From NCBI GenBank assembly GCA_000165425.1, contig CT868185.1, positions 496,001-539,671 on the forward strand: 43,671 nt of DNA, in the 5' to 3' direction. How positions within the stretch are numbered: position 1 is the stretch's first letter; every line of letters begins with the position of its first letter. The translations under genes and the position numbers were made by a program. Shown piece after piece: positions 12,914 through 25,730 of this stretch. The notes under the pieces are model-generated. The model saw only the letters and a program-made list of their open reading frames with translations. It was not told the DNA's origin and made no database searches. The stretch comes from Paramecium tetraurelia (taxonomy: Eukaryota).

Positions 12914-15743
12914 TCATTCTAACTCATCACATTTATCTTTGATAGCTAATAAAGCTTTATTTTTCCCTACTTTTTCTGTCTAATTCATTTCAATCATATT
13001 TTATTCAATATATTCCTTTTTTGTCATTTATTATGGAATATACCCGAGTGATTTAGACTATTTTATGAGCTCATCAATTAATTATTTGCAATTTAGTTGA
13101 CAATATCTCTCATTTTCATCTAATTTCTTCTTCATTGGTACCCTTATTATATTGAACTTCCTGCATCATTTATCTCTTCTCATAACGATATCTGTCACTT
13201 TTATGCTCTTCCCAACCTCATTTACCTGGACACTTCATACAAACACCATTATTCATTGCATCACAACTACTTTTTTAATCTGATTCAGCAATTGAACATG
13301 GGTAATGACAAGTAAAATGGCATTTTACACAATTCGAAACGTACTCACCTGGTTATATATTAATCTTCACATTTTCTGTACAAGCAATCATCTTATTCTA
13401 AATTTCATCTTATGCCTAATTTTCTTATATAAATTCTTTTTTTTATTAAATTACATCAATTTCATTTAACAATTAATCTATCTATATTCTTAAATCAAAA
13501 ATGGTATTCTTTATTGATTTTTTATGTATATAACTGAGGTTGAGGCTCTTTGTTTCTAGTACTTTTTCTTCAAAAAATTTCTTAAATGAAAAATAAGCTT
13601 CATTCCATAATTATCGAAGAGACTTTTGTTTTTCGAAGCTTTGAAAGGCTGAGTTATTAAATTTGAACCAAAATGGTTCCTTTGCTAGGTGTATAAAATC
13701 TGCTATAGGGCTTTTTAAATGGTTTGAATCTCCATAAAAATGTAATGCTTAAAGTGCTAGAGGGTCTTCAAAATCTGCAAAAGTAAATAGAAACATGAAC
13801 TACTCTACAATACTATTACCAAATTATTTCAATAAATGATTCATTACATTCATTTGAGAAATCGATAATCTAACTAAACTTGATTTAACTACAAAACAAA
13901 TTAAAGTTATTGAATCTAAATTCTTTAATGCATCTAAAATTAATTTCGATATATCATCATGCTAATCTTTATCAGTTTCATTAAAACTAGGAGTGTCTAT
14001 TATTCTTAATGCAGGTCTTCCATTAATTCCTTCCAAGTAATATTCCTTTATATTGGAAGCTTAACCTTTCTGCTACTATTGATAGAAATTCTTTCCAATT
14101 GTATCTGTAATTACCAATCTGAATGGATCTTCAAATTAAACACCAAAGTAATAATTGCAAAACAAGTTTATCATTGTTGATTTGCCTGCTCCTGAATCTC
14201 CTATTAAAACTAATGTTTTCATTTCGCTGATATCATCTATTTGCAAGGGTATTTCAGTAGGTAATTTATAGAGTTAAAATGAATTAGCGTTTTATAGATT
14301 CTACTTTATGAGATTACATTTCTTTAGAAGTTCCTAGAGCTGATCCCTATCGACTGAATCATTAAAATCTACATCTGAATCATTATATAAATTTTATCCA
14401 GGTTTTGGGATGCTTGGGATGAATGGACTCACTGGATAATTTTGCTGATGTTACTAGGGGTTATATGACGAATGATTTCCAATTATTTGGGCTATAGGTT
14501 TATTCTAAAATCCAAAGTAATTATTGTAGATTTGCTAATTTTTTTGAGCTATTATTTTCAATTCAAGTTGTTAAAAATTTTCTAAAGTTTTTTGAAAATA
14601 AACTGGGGCTGTCTAATTTAATGACTTCTTCCCTTTAACTAAGGATGCTCCGTTAAATTCAAGATGCCAACTATTAGATAAGTATCTATAAATCTCTTAA
14701 AATGGACTATCTTACTATGCTAAATAAGAAAAATCAACTTGTCCTCCTGAATAAAATGTACGAGCTATTAGCAATTTATTGGAATCTTATATGTCTAGGA
14801 TTTTAGCAATTGAAGATAATATTTATTTTGCTACTTCAGTTAATCGTGAGTGTGTTGCTTTCAAACATATTACAATTATATCAATAGACTATTTAAATTC
14901 TTCTATGAAATTGAATATCTTGTCAAAAATATCCTAATCATCCTATCCAGAAATTGATGGTGTATCCATCAAATGTATCCCATATGGACGATTATTGTAA
15001 GGCTCAAGATAATAACTAGATATTTCAGTGATTGGTTCTTCATCTGCAACAACTAATTTAGATAGTTAATCCCATGAAGTTTCAAAATAATAATTAATGA
15101 ATGCATTCAACAATGTTGTCTTTCCTTCATCTTCTTATCCGATAAAAATAATATTCTTATAGTCAATAGAGTTATTTCTTACGTTTACATAATGATACAA
15201 GTCTTAATCATATTGTGAATCTAATTGAATAACTGATACACTTAAGTCTTATTTTAAATTAATCTAGCGTGTTTGATTGCTAGTTAATATATAGTTAATT
15301 TATTCCAATTAAGTCTAATTACTATTTGAAGATGGTAAATAATTTATTTATTATTTTTATTACAGGATATAATTCTAAGCTAGCTAAATGTATTTGTAAA
15401 ACTATTCTCGATCGTAAGAGTCGTGCCATTGAATTTGGTTAAGAAAGAATTTTAAATCTTAATCAACCTTCAAATTTCTATTTATTAAACTTAACTCTTA
15501 ATATTTTCCTAAAATCCAACAATAATTTATATTTTTAATCCATCTTAACAGCTCTTCAATTGAATTACATTAATTTTCTACTAAATTTTAGACAACCTCT
15601 ATTGAATAAAAATCATCGTCATACAGTATCCTTATAAAATAATATAAATTCTTCAAATCTTCACTCCCAAATATAGTATCCATCAATTTTTTGACTCCAT
15701 GTAATTTACACCCTCCACCATATTAGCGATTGATATTGTACAT
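12914..15743 (-). CDS. Tandem P-loop (TRAFAC, AIG1/septin-like) GTPase-domain protein with Cys-rich C-terminal region; contains an in-frame TGA
   Basis: 841 uninterrupted codons from ATG 15743. Walker A GQEDEGKT (15117-15140) and GDSGAGKS (14178-14201), DTPS twice, WFKFNNSAF, CVKCHFTCHYPC...CMKCPGK*GWEEH. In-frame TGA 13218-13220, putative 22-nt intron 13120-13141, final TGA 12914-12916. Confidence 0.8.
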
Positions 15744-16103
15744 TAAATAAATTATAAGAATATACTCAAAAATAATTTCATCTATATAGTTAATTTGGTA
15801 GAATTATATTTCTACTAAAATTCTTAATTTAATCCATAAAATTTTTAGTAGAAAAACAAAATTTAATATTTTAATTATTAATGAAAATCACTTTAATTTA
15901 AAAACTTATTAATTGATAAGCTTGAATATACATTTAGTGAATAATCTATATTTCTATTTGCACTTTCAAATAAACTATTCGTCTATGTAATCAAAATTAG
16001 GATTTTACAAAATAAAGTCTAAACCTTTTAAAATTAATAAGAAAATAAATCTTATATATTATAATGTTATTTATTAGATATTGTAAAAACTAATTAAATT
16101 GAT

Positions 16104-18940
16104 TCACTTTTTTTATTTTATTTTAATAATTCCTTTTCGTTGTGATTCTGATTGCTACTAAGGTTGCTTAATCGATGAAAAAAAGTCTTTTTAAGAAGTA
16201 AAATAATTAAATTAATCAGTATTATTGTCATTATTTTAAATTTAATTTAATTTTTGTTGATTTAATGCAGAATTTACAATTTGATCATCAACTTATGCTT
16301 TATTACTTTGAATTTAAATTTTGATTTTGTTTTTTGCTTAAGATGGAGTAAAATTGATTTCTGATTATTCGAATTGCTATTTTTCCTCAGTCTCACATAC
16401 CTATTTAGATTCTATCTATTAATATTCAGGTTTCTCTTATCCTTCAATATCATTATAGGAATCAGACTTAAGTTTTTCTAATTACTTTTAGCATTTCAGA
16501 CCGAATAGTTTAAGATTCCTCTTCTTAACCTCTGACTATTGACTACTCTTCTCTTCAGTCATAATCTTTTAGCTTGGAGTTTGAAAATTATTATCAGTTC
16601 TATTGTAAAATGCTTTGGTCTATTTAAGGACTTCATCATCATTCGCCCAAGGTTTGAGTGCTGTTTTCACCCATTCAGAAAATCCTTTCCTAATATCTGT
16701 ATACTCAAATCTCTTGTCACACAAAAATACGATTCTTAATAATAAAATTGTAATACCCATAATCATTTACATGCCTAATGACTCTGCCCAAGGCTTAATT
16801 AGTAGCTCTGATTGCTTATTGGCAATACCATTCCTAACTCTTTAGTCTATCTTAATCATTAAATTCAGGATCGTTGTATATTTTTTCTAAATATTCCATC
16901 TTCTATGATACTTTATGATCCTGTTTTGGAGGATAAGGAACTCCAACTAGAAACACAGCTCTGCATAATTCATCAGAGAAATCAATTCCTTCAGCTACCT
17001 TTCCTCTTTGAACAGCAAACATGATGGCTCCCTTCTTGGAATGTTGTTTATACAACTCAAACACATTTTGCATTTCAACTGTCTATTACGGTTCCCATAA
17101 ACAATGTTTGATTTCATTTAATCTAAACAATAATTTACTGGTTGTCAATTTGCTCCTGAATTTAAACATAAGACTGTATGATGAAAAGATAACTAAAATT
17201 CCATTTGGAATAACATATGAGTAATTTAATAGATTTTACCCAAGCCTATTAAATTACTCGTCATTGTTCCTTTGCTAATAGGAGAAATCAAACTATTTAT
17301 GTTAAAACACGATAAGATTTTATTAAATGTTGATAATGTGTGGACTTGAAAATTAAGTTTAGAAGTTCATTCTTAATTCGCATGTCCATGATTACAAAGG
17401 GGAGAGTGTGCCTGAAGTCAAAAGCACAGAATGAATGTTCTTTGACAGTATTCTTTGAAATGCTAGGGATGGTTCTAAACACCACATGTAAATGGTTATT
17501 TAATTAGCTACATCGATCATGAAGGATAATTTATATTGATTGAATTAATTTTGCAAAGAGGATAGAGATTGCTTCTATTTTTCTCTTTCATCTTCTACTC
17601 TAATTAGATCATAGACATTCATGATGAATTTGGTCCATGATTCAAAGTGATGAGCTGGAAATTGGGATAACTCACTCATGACATCTATTAAGATCATACA
17701 ATGTGATAAGTATCTGGCAATATTATTTCTTGTGATTCCTTTTGCGTAATTGGTCAACATTGAGTCATTCCATAATCTGAAGGTATTATCCTGATCTGAG
17801 GTGTATTGGAAGATTAAACTTTGAATTTAGCGAGCATCTAGGATTTGATATTTTTCATTTGTATCCTATAATGTGAAGATTGGCTGTTATTTTAGTTATT
17901 CTAAATATTATGAAAAGGTTCTGATTGTGACCACAATAGATCGATATTCTTTCAATTCATAAACAAGTTTTGCTTGATTGAGTTTCACTTTTAATTGTTC
18001 ATAGAATATGGGGACAGTCTCCAATTCATCAATCCATTTTTCCAGATCCTTCTCAGCCTCAATAATAATGTTTTGTGTGATAAAAAAGGATGATCCCTCT
18101 TCAGCTGTTGATTATACATTATGGGCTTCATCAAATATCAGAATTGAATTATCAATGTTTACGTAATCTTAAAAATCTTTTTCTAATAGGTAATTGTAAG
18201 GGAGGAGTATAATGTCAGCCTCATCCATTCTCTATCTCTCAAAGTAATAGGGACAGATTTTATTTTTATATCCAAATTATTTTGCCTCTTCTAAATTATT
18301 TATCAAGGTCTTGTATTGTAATGCCATGAACATTACGACATCCTTTTTAAAGTATTAGCATTGATTGGCCTTTACTACTTTTCGACAATTCTAATTCAAA
18401 AGATTCCCTTTGATATTATAGAAATCCCCTCTTAAACAATATTGATCCCTTGAACCCAAAACTGATACGTTGGGTTTGTAAACTGTCTTCTTTAATTCTT
18501 GGGCCACCTACTTTAATTGTGCATGAGTTCTTGAAGCGTAAATGATTCTCAATTTTGTTGGGTTATTGGCTTTCTATTATTCCTTTCTGTGTTTCGAGAG
18601 CCAACCTAGAGAGGCGCATAATAAGGAGAGCGTCTTTCCTGTTCCAGTGGGTGATTCTAATCTAGTTTTAATATTGAAGTATGTAATTATACAATGCATT
18701 ATGTTTCCTATCCAAAGATTGAACAACGCTCTCCATATACTTTAATTAGACGTCATAGGGTTTGTGTGGGAAGTATATTTCAGTATAGGCGAGAGACAAT
18801 GTTTATTGCTTTTTGCATAATTCATTGTCGAGTTCTATTTCTGATATTTTACCTCTTGCTGTGAGTTCAGACTCGTCATCAATCAATTAGTGGTGTGACT
18901 TACTTTTGATATTCTATGACATTGAAATTGGAGGATTCAT
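16104..18940 (-). CDS. XPD-family Fe-S 5'-3' DNA helicase (RTEL1/FANCJ-like)
   Basis: [41 protein letters not shown] and further Fe-S cysteines, [40 protein letters not shown] 16104-16106. Confidence 0.93.
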
Positions 18941-19010
18941 AATTAAAATAATTCATTTATTTTTTTGGTTCAAACTAACAATATATATTTAACAATTACA
19001 AATTTAAATT
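18941..19010. promoter_or_regulatory. Probable bidirectional promoter (70 bp) between the helicase and a hypothetical gene
   Basis: Head-to-head ATGs at 18940 (-) and 19011 (+). Confidence 0.5.
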
Positions 19011-19817
19011 ATGAATTAAACTACTCCTAAATCCATAGGAATCAATTATGCAAGTAAGCAATTGATATTGAAGATTAGAATTGAGAAAACACAAGGGCAA
19101 GGAAGAAACTCTACCAAAATCAATGAGCACCAATCTAAAATTTGACATTAATCAGAATCATTAACATGGCATACTGAAACACAGAAGCACTTCGCAACAC
19201 AATATCAATGAATATGCGCAATAACAACAATAAATGCAATTATTTGAATAATATTTCAATCATTCCAAAGTTTCATAATCTTTTATTGAATTTGTAACCA
19301 AACAAATACAGTATCATAACTAACCAATCTAAGTATAGCATTGTATTAATTGAGAAATTGATCAATCCAAGCATTTTCAAGAATAGTCAAAGAAGATGGG
19401 AAGAGGACCGAAGAAAGATTCTCTACGAATTAAATTAATAAAAGGAAGACAATTGCATTTTGTAAACTGAATTGCATGACCTCAAAAGACAAAAAAATGC
19501 ACTCTCAAAATAATGTGATAATTTGTAGGTTATTATCGTGCAAGAGAGACTGGGAAGACAACAAAGACACCAGCAGTTTTATTAGCACAAATTTCAGGAA
19601 CTTACTAAAAATTTTCACATTCCCACCCAAGAAACCATATCCTCATTAACTGATGAAAGAGTACTCTCTATAACAATCATAGTTCGAAAGCAACGAAACT
19701 TCTCTTGACTCCTCCTTGTCCAATGAAGACAACGACCCTCCAATCTACTCCAACCAACTGTTCGAAATGCTCAAGACTGGTAAACACAGATATCAGTTTT
19801 CCAAAAAACTCAATTGA
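19011..19817 (+). CDS. Hypothetical coiled-coil protein
   Basis: ATG 19011, short GTA..TAG introns (e.g. about 19661-19682), coiled segment RRWEEDRRKILYELNQQKEDNCILQTELHDLKRQ. TGA 19815-19817. Internal exon structure uncertain. Confidence 0.6.
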
Positions 19818-19859
19818 TATTAATTTAATTAAATATATACATCAATACATACTTGACTC

Positions 19860-22757
19860 ATGACTAATTTGAAATTATTTTACCTTACTGCATATCAAAA
19901 TGTCATCATTGTATGTGTAATCTTACTCCTATTAGATTAAAACAGAATTGCCCCAAATTACAACTTAATTGAAGATTCATCGCAATTCTTAAATAATTGA
20001 AGAGTGCCCCAAAAATCAGAATGTGAACGAGAAACTCAAGGGCGACAAAAGGGTCTCCTACATTTTAGGGATATTTAAAACGTTCAATAAGTCATTTCTA
20101 GTATTGGTGGAAGAATGTACAAAAGCTGCAACAATTAGAGAGCAAGTCATTTATCACATAGATCAAATCTCATATTATGCTATTGAAGTATTATTTTAAT
20201 TGATTCCAGGAGCAAAACACTCAGAATAAGGATATCTTGGAGAGTTTGGGAAATTAGAAGAAATTATTATAATAAGGATTCTATTTTTCTATCAATGGCG
20301 ACATCACCTTAGCTAGACACTTTAACAAATTTGAAAATAGTTTTGTCTGGAATCAGAAATTGTTAAGTGGATTTAGGGAAAATAAGATCTCGTCCCATTG
20401 GTAATTCCCTATGATTTAAGGCTATGTAGAATAAATAGAATCATATATAGACAAATAATTAGTGACAGTGGTTTTGATTTCTAGAAGAAGTAGATTTATG
20501 GGTGGCACACGGTATTACTCAAGAGGAATCAATGATGATGGGCATGTCGCTAATTTCATTGAAACTGAGCAGATTCTCATTAAAGGAGACACAATAATTA
20601 GCTTTGTTGCTATTCGAGGTTCAGTACCCATATTTTGGAATCAAGATGGAGTCTCAAGTGTTAAATTGACCAGATCTAAAGAACTCACATCTGCTGCTTT
20701 TATCAAGCACTTCAACTTGCTGAGAAGATATGGTAAAATATTTTGTGTCAACCTGATGCAAAATAACAAACCAATCGAATAGTTGTTAACCGAGAATTTC
20801 TACCATTAGTTTTAATCAACTTAATTGGATCATGTCAGGTACTAGTAGATTGATTTTCATGCTCATGTTAAGAATGGCAAATCTACAGGACTCAATCTGT
20901 ATATTCAATAGTTTGAAAAAACACTTGAATAATTTTCATACTATTATGAAAAAGACAACTAAATCATCTCGGAATAATAGGGTGTATTTAGAATCAATTG
21001 TCTAGATTGTTTGGACAGAACTAATTTATTTATGAGTAAACTGTTTTTGTTTAGTTTAAATTAGACTTTGATAAGTCAGAAATTATAATTGAACAACATT
21101 GACAATAATGGTATTTTAAATTAATTTGATGAATCAAACAAAAAGCTATTGCATGATCTCATCATCAAATATAAGAACATGTGGGCAAACAATGGTGATC
21201 AATTGAGTTTCCTATATTCAGGATCAGGAAGTACGATATCAGAAATGGCAAGAGAAGGCAAAAGGGGATTTATGGGCATGCTTAAAGATGGATATAATAA
21301 CATAGAAAGATTTTATAATCGCTAATTTGAAGATGACACCAAATAAAATACAATCAATCAATTGTTAATAGGATCAGATGCCAATACACATTTTGATAAC
21401 TGGATAATAGAATAGGAAAACTAATACTGTGTAAATCGCGAAATATCTGTGCTTTTAGTAACTTGGAATGTTGGAGGAAATCACCCTGTAACAACTGATT
21501 TTTCTAATAATATCTTAAATTTCTAAGATAATCAATTATCGAATCCAGATATCATAGTATTTGGACTGTAAGAAATTGTAGATTTAAATCCGCAAAACAT
21601 TGTTATCATGAGTAATGAAAAAACCATTTAATTGTGGAATAACATATTTCAATAAAATCTAGAAAAATTAGAGTCTTATGCTAAAATTGCTGAATCCGAT
21701 TTGGTAGGTCTATATATTTCCATCTTTGTTAAAACATCGCAAATTTCAAGAGTAACCAAGATTGAAACAGATGTAGTCAAAACTGGATTAAGAGGAACAT
21801 TAGGTAACAAAGGAAGTGTTCTTGTTAAATTTAAGTTTGATGATTCATTAGTAAATTATTAATCATATTTTGTAGATTGGATTCAATTGCTGTCATATGA
21901 CTTCTGGAAATAAAAAGAATCAGTATAGATTATCAGATATAGAAGAAATTCACTCTAAAGCATTTCAAAATTCTAAATATAAAACCAATTTGAATAATTT
22001 AGATTATTCATTCTTTTTTGGAGATATGAATTTCAGAATTGACTTGTCTTATCAGGACACGGTTGATAAAATTAAATCATATTAATCCTACATTTCAAAA
22101 GATAAAAATCATATATAAGCCAAACAAATTTTAAGTTATTTGATTAATTAAGATCAATTAATGAAATGCAAAGCATAAAATCAATATTTACAATAATATT
22201 AAGAAGGCCTGATAGACTTTTTGCCAACATATAAATATGATAAAAATAGTTAGACTTATGATACCTCCAAAAAATAAAGGACACCCTCTTGGTGTGATAG
22301 AATTTTGGCCAAACACAAAGAAGAAACTAAGCTTGAATAAAAATTTTACAGAAGAAATGAATGTTTAGACAGCGATCATCGACCTGTGTCAAGTTATTAT
22401 GTGATTGATGTTAAAAAAATTGATAAAGATAAATTAGATTTAGTAAAAGCATAGTATTGTCTCTCAAAAATGCAAAACTCAAAATCAAATTCATAAATTT
22501 CTAAAGAAACAACAAAACCATAATAATAGCAACAACAACAATAATATCCTTATTAAGATTAATAGGAGGAAATTGAAAACATTATTTTCTAATAGTAATC
22601 TGAAAATTAACAAATTGGTATTTAATAATAATAATAAATACAACAACAACAACAACAACCTTAGTAATAATAATTAGACAATGCTTAAGTTTAACAGAAC
22701 TAAGATAATGCAATTTAGAATTAACTAGAATAAATTACAAAAGAGTAACACCAATGA
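19860..22757 (+). CDS. Synaptojanin-like phosphoinositide phosphatase (SAC domain plus inositol 5-phosphatase) with poly-Q tail
   Basis: SAC: LISRRS, GTRYYSRGINDDGHVANFIETEQ, RGSVPIFWNQ, RINCLDCLDRTN (CX5RT). 5-phosphatase: TWNVGG, GLQEIV, GNKG, GDMNFRI, PTYKYD, RTPSWCDRIL, SDHRPV. TGA 22755-22757. Confidence 0.96.
22520..22675 (+). repeat. (TAA)n/(CAA)n/TAG trinucleotide runs encoding poly-Gln in the synaptojanin-like tail
   Basis: For example taa taa taa taa ata caa caa caa caa caa caa cct tag taa taa taa, in frame. Confidence 0.8.
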
Positions 22758-23080
22758 TTTTGAAACATAATAATTTATTTATTTTACCCATCATTTTTAT
22801 ATTCTTCAATGTAATTCAATTATAATTGGTTTTATTTTCTATTCAAAGAGTAATATTACTTAAATTCAATTTATTCAGGGTTCTTCATATACAATCTAAT
22901 TACATTTAAAGAATTGTCATAATTCAAAGTTAAAATTTATTCATTTGCCTATTTTTTAATTGCTTAACAAACACAAAACTGGCTTCTGTAGTAATTTCTT
23001 GTTAAGACTTCAGTTTCATTTAAAATTTTGATTGAAGTTTATATAATAAATTAAGTAATAATTTATTATTAAAACTACGT

Positions 23081-25565
23081 ATGACTTAGGTCTCTCAAGA
23101 ATATAATTTAGAATATTTGGGTAGGTAAATGATTCATTAACTTAAGACAAGGCTTCAGACATTACCAAAGTGCAAATTTAGTAATAAAGACAATTAATTA
23201 CAATCATAAGTGTAAATGATAAGGATGCAAGGGATATAATATATTACCTTTAAGATAGACAAACCATAGATTTGTCACAAATATCTCTTAAGAAAAGAAT
23301 TAAAGAATTGATCTTGAGCATACCAAAAGTTTCCAATCCAAATTCAACATTTAGACTTATTTGGGAATTGATAAGTATGATATTCATTTTTGTCCAAATG
23401 ATTTAAATTCCATTAGTTTTAACATATTCAGTCGAGTTAAGCTACGGATTTTAGATATTCAATTAATTCATGGATGTGTTTTTTTATATAGATATGGCTT
23501 TGAATTTTAAATTTGCTTATTATTATAGGTATTCCTATTTGCATATTATAGAGGTGAAATTATTTATGATAGAAAGAAAATTGCGATCAATTATTTAAAG
23601 TTATGGTTTTGGTTAGATTTTTTAGCAGTTTTGCCTTACGATCAAATGTTCAATGCTGAAGATTCTCAAGCATAATTAATAAAAATAGTGAGATTGTTTA
23701 AGTTCATTAAAATTGTGAGATTATTAAGAGTACTTAAGATCAGTAAAATACTTTAAAAATTAGAGGGTAAATCCATTTATAAAAATATTGATAGAATCTG
23801 TAACATTGGCCTAGTCATTTTAAGAAGTGATATAGTTTTTAAAGATAGCATGCTTAATTTTGAGTATTGCTCATTGGATAGCTTGTATTTGGAATATCAT
23901 AGAATACACCGATGAATAAGTTAATTTAACATGGATGCACAAATACGGCATTGATAATGCAGATTGGGAAATCAAATACATTTCTGCCTTTTATTTTAGT
24001 GTAACCACGATGATAACAGTGGGTTATGGAGATATTAATGCCAATACGCAAATTGAAATGGTATTTGCAATATTTGCTATGGTTTTGGCATCAGCAATAT
24101 TTGGTTATAGCATGTCTAGTTTTATGCTCATAATAGAGGGAGAAGATGAAAAAATCTAAGAGTAGAGGATTCAGAATTCTAAAATCATTAGGTATATAAC
24201 GAAATATAAACTCATAGATATATCAAATAGAAAAGCATACCGAAGGAATTGTAAAGCAGAGTTAAAAATTATCTAGAATGGTTGGCAGGATCGGCTCAAA
24301 TAGCTAGAAATTATGAGTAATATGTTTTAAGAAGTCTATCTGCAAATCTGAAAACTGAAATTATATGTCTAATGAATGGAAGAATTCTGCATAAGGTTTA
24401 GCTATTTAGTAAAGAATTTACTCCTTAATTAATAAACAAACTTGTTTATGTTTTAAATGAATAGATTTTAGGACCTGAAGAATATGTATTCAAGGAAAAT
24501 TCATTTGATAATGATAAGATATATTTTATCTAAAATGGTTAAATTAATATTTGTATCACTTAAAAGGAAACACTCTTAAAGACATTGTAAAAAGGAGACT
24601 ATTTTGGTGAAATAGGTTTCTTTGGGAGAAAACCAAGAAGTGCTTCAGCAAAATCAATTGATTTTGTTAATGTTATGAGTTTAAATAGGATTGATTTATG
24701 GGAAGCAGCAAAACCTCTTGAGAGTGATCTATTGAAGCTTTATTTTATGAAAGATTGTCTTGAGGTTGAAAATAATCTCAAACCATTAAAATTACGGTGT
24801 TACATTTGCGATAGACCTCATCACATAGCCAAAAATTGCACTGTCTTTCATTACAGAGTAAGTAGAAAAAATATCATACTAGAGTATTTTAATCATGAAA
24901 ATATCCGATAAAATTAAGATAGAAAAATTAATAAAAAAGTTAAAGTGAATTTACACAAAATATAAGAATCTGCTCTTAAATATTAAAATAACTAAAATAG
25001 ATGTGAAAAGCAAATTAAAATTATATCGAATGATTATATTATTTAAGATGTAAAAATCGCCTTCGATATTGATAAACAAAAAGAATACTCAGATTTCTTT
25101 AATGAATTTAATATTACTAATGTTGCAAAAAATATTAATCTCTTTGCTGAATTGATCTTAACTGAAATTGAAGAAAAGAAAAAATTGAAATCTCAATCTA
25201 GACAAACTCAAAAAAGACTCAAAAATTAAACTATTGCTCCCAGATAATCAAAAGCTACTATTGGTAATATGGAATATTTACTGAATAACAAATCATTAGA
25301 AAACTCATCCTGTTTGTCTTCCGAAAATTCAATACGTTGTATTGATAGAAACAAAAGTAAATCCAAAAGGCTACTTGATCTGTAATCATAATATCAGTAT
25401 GTAAATATTATATATTCTAAATAGTTTTGCAAGAAGATCTTTAACAAATACTACTCCCAAATTATTCGAGTTCAATAATCTTACAATTCTTGCAAAAAAG
25501 ATAAAGAATCCAAAACATAATAGAGTATCGTCAGTAACTAGATTTACCTAAAATTATAATGCTGA
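23081..25565 (+). CDS. Six-TM K+ channel with cyclic-nucleotide-binding domain (EAG/KCNH/CNG-like)
   Basis: S4-like IVRLFKFIKIVRLLRVLK, AHWIACIW, pore TTMITVGYGDI, CNBD GDYFGEIGFF..PRSASA, then CYICDRPHHIAKNC. TGA 25563-25565. Exact 5' exon uncertain. Confidence 0.93.
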
Positions 25566-25730
25566 ATTATATATTTTAAAGTAAGAAACCTTTATGAGCA
25601 AATTCATCCCTCAATTATTGTACAACACAAAATTCAACTAATTCAAAAATTGATTATAATATCTTTTTTCACATATCTCCTTATATTATTATTAATATTT
25701 ATAATACTCAATATTATCAAATAAATAGCT

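Noticed and set aside
16539..17485. ORF-track entries 16539-16739, 16615-16845, 17021-17224 (+) and 17297-17485 (-)
   Set aside because: Antisense or off-frame shadows of the helicase gene.
22520..22700. TAA/CAA runs as telomeric or satellite repeats
   Set aside because: They are in-frame poly-Gln. No C4A2/C3A3 telomeric repeats were noticed in the window.
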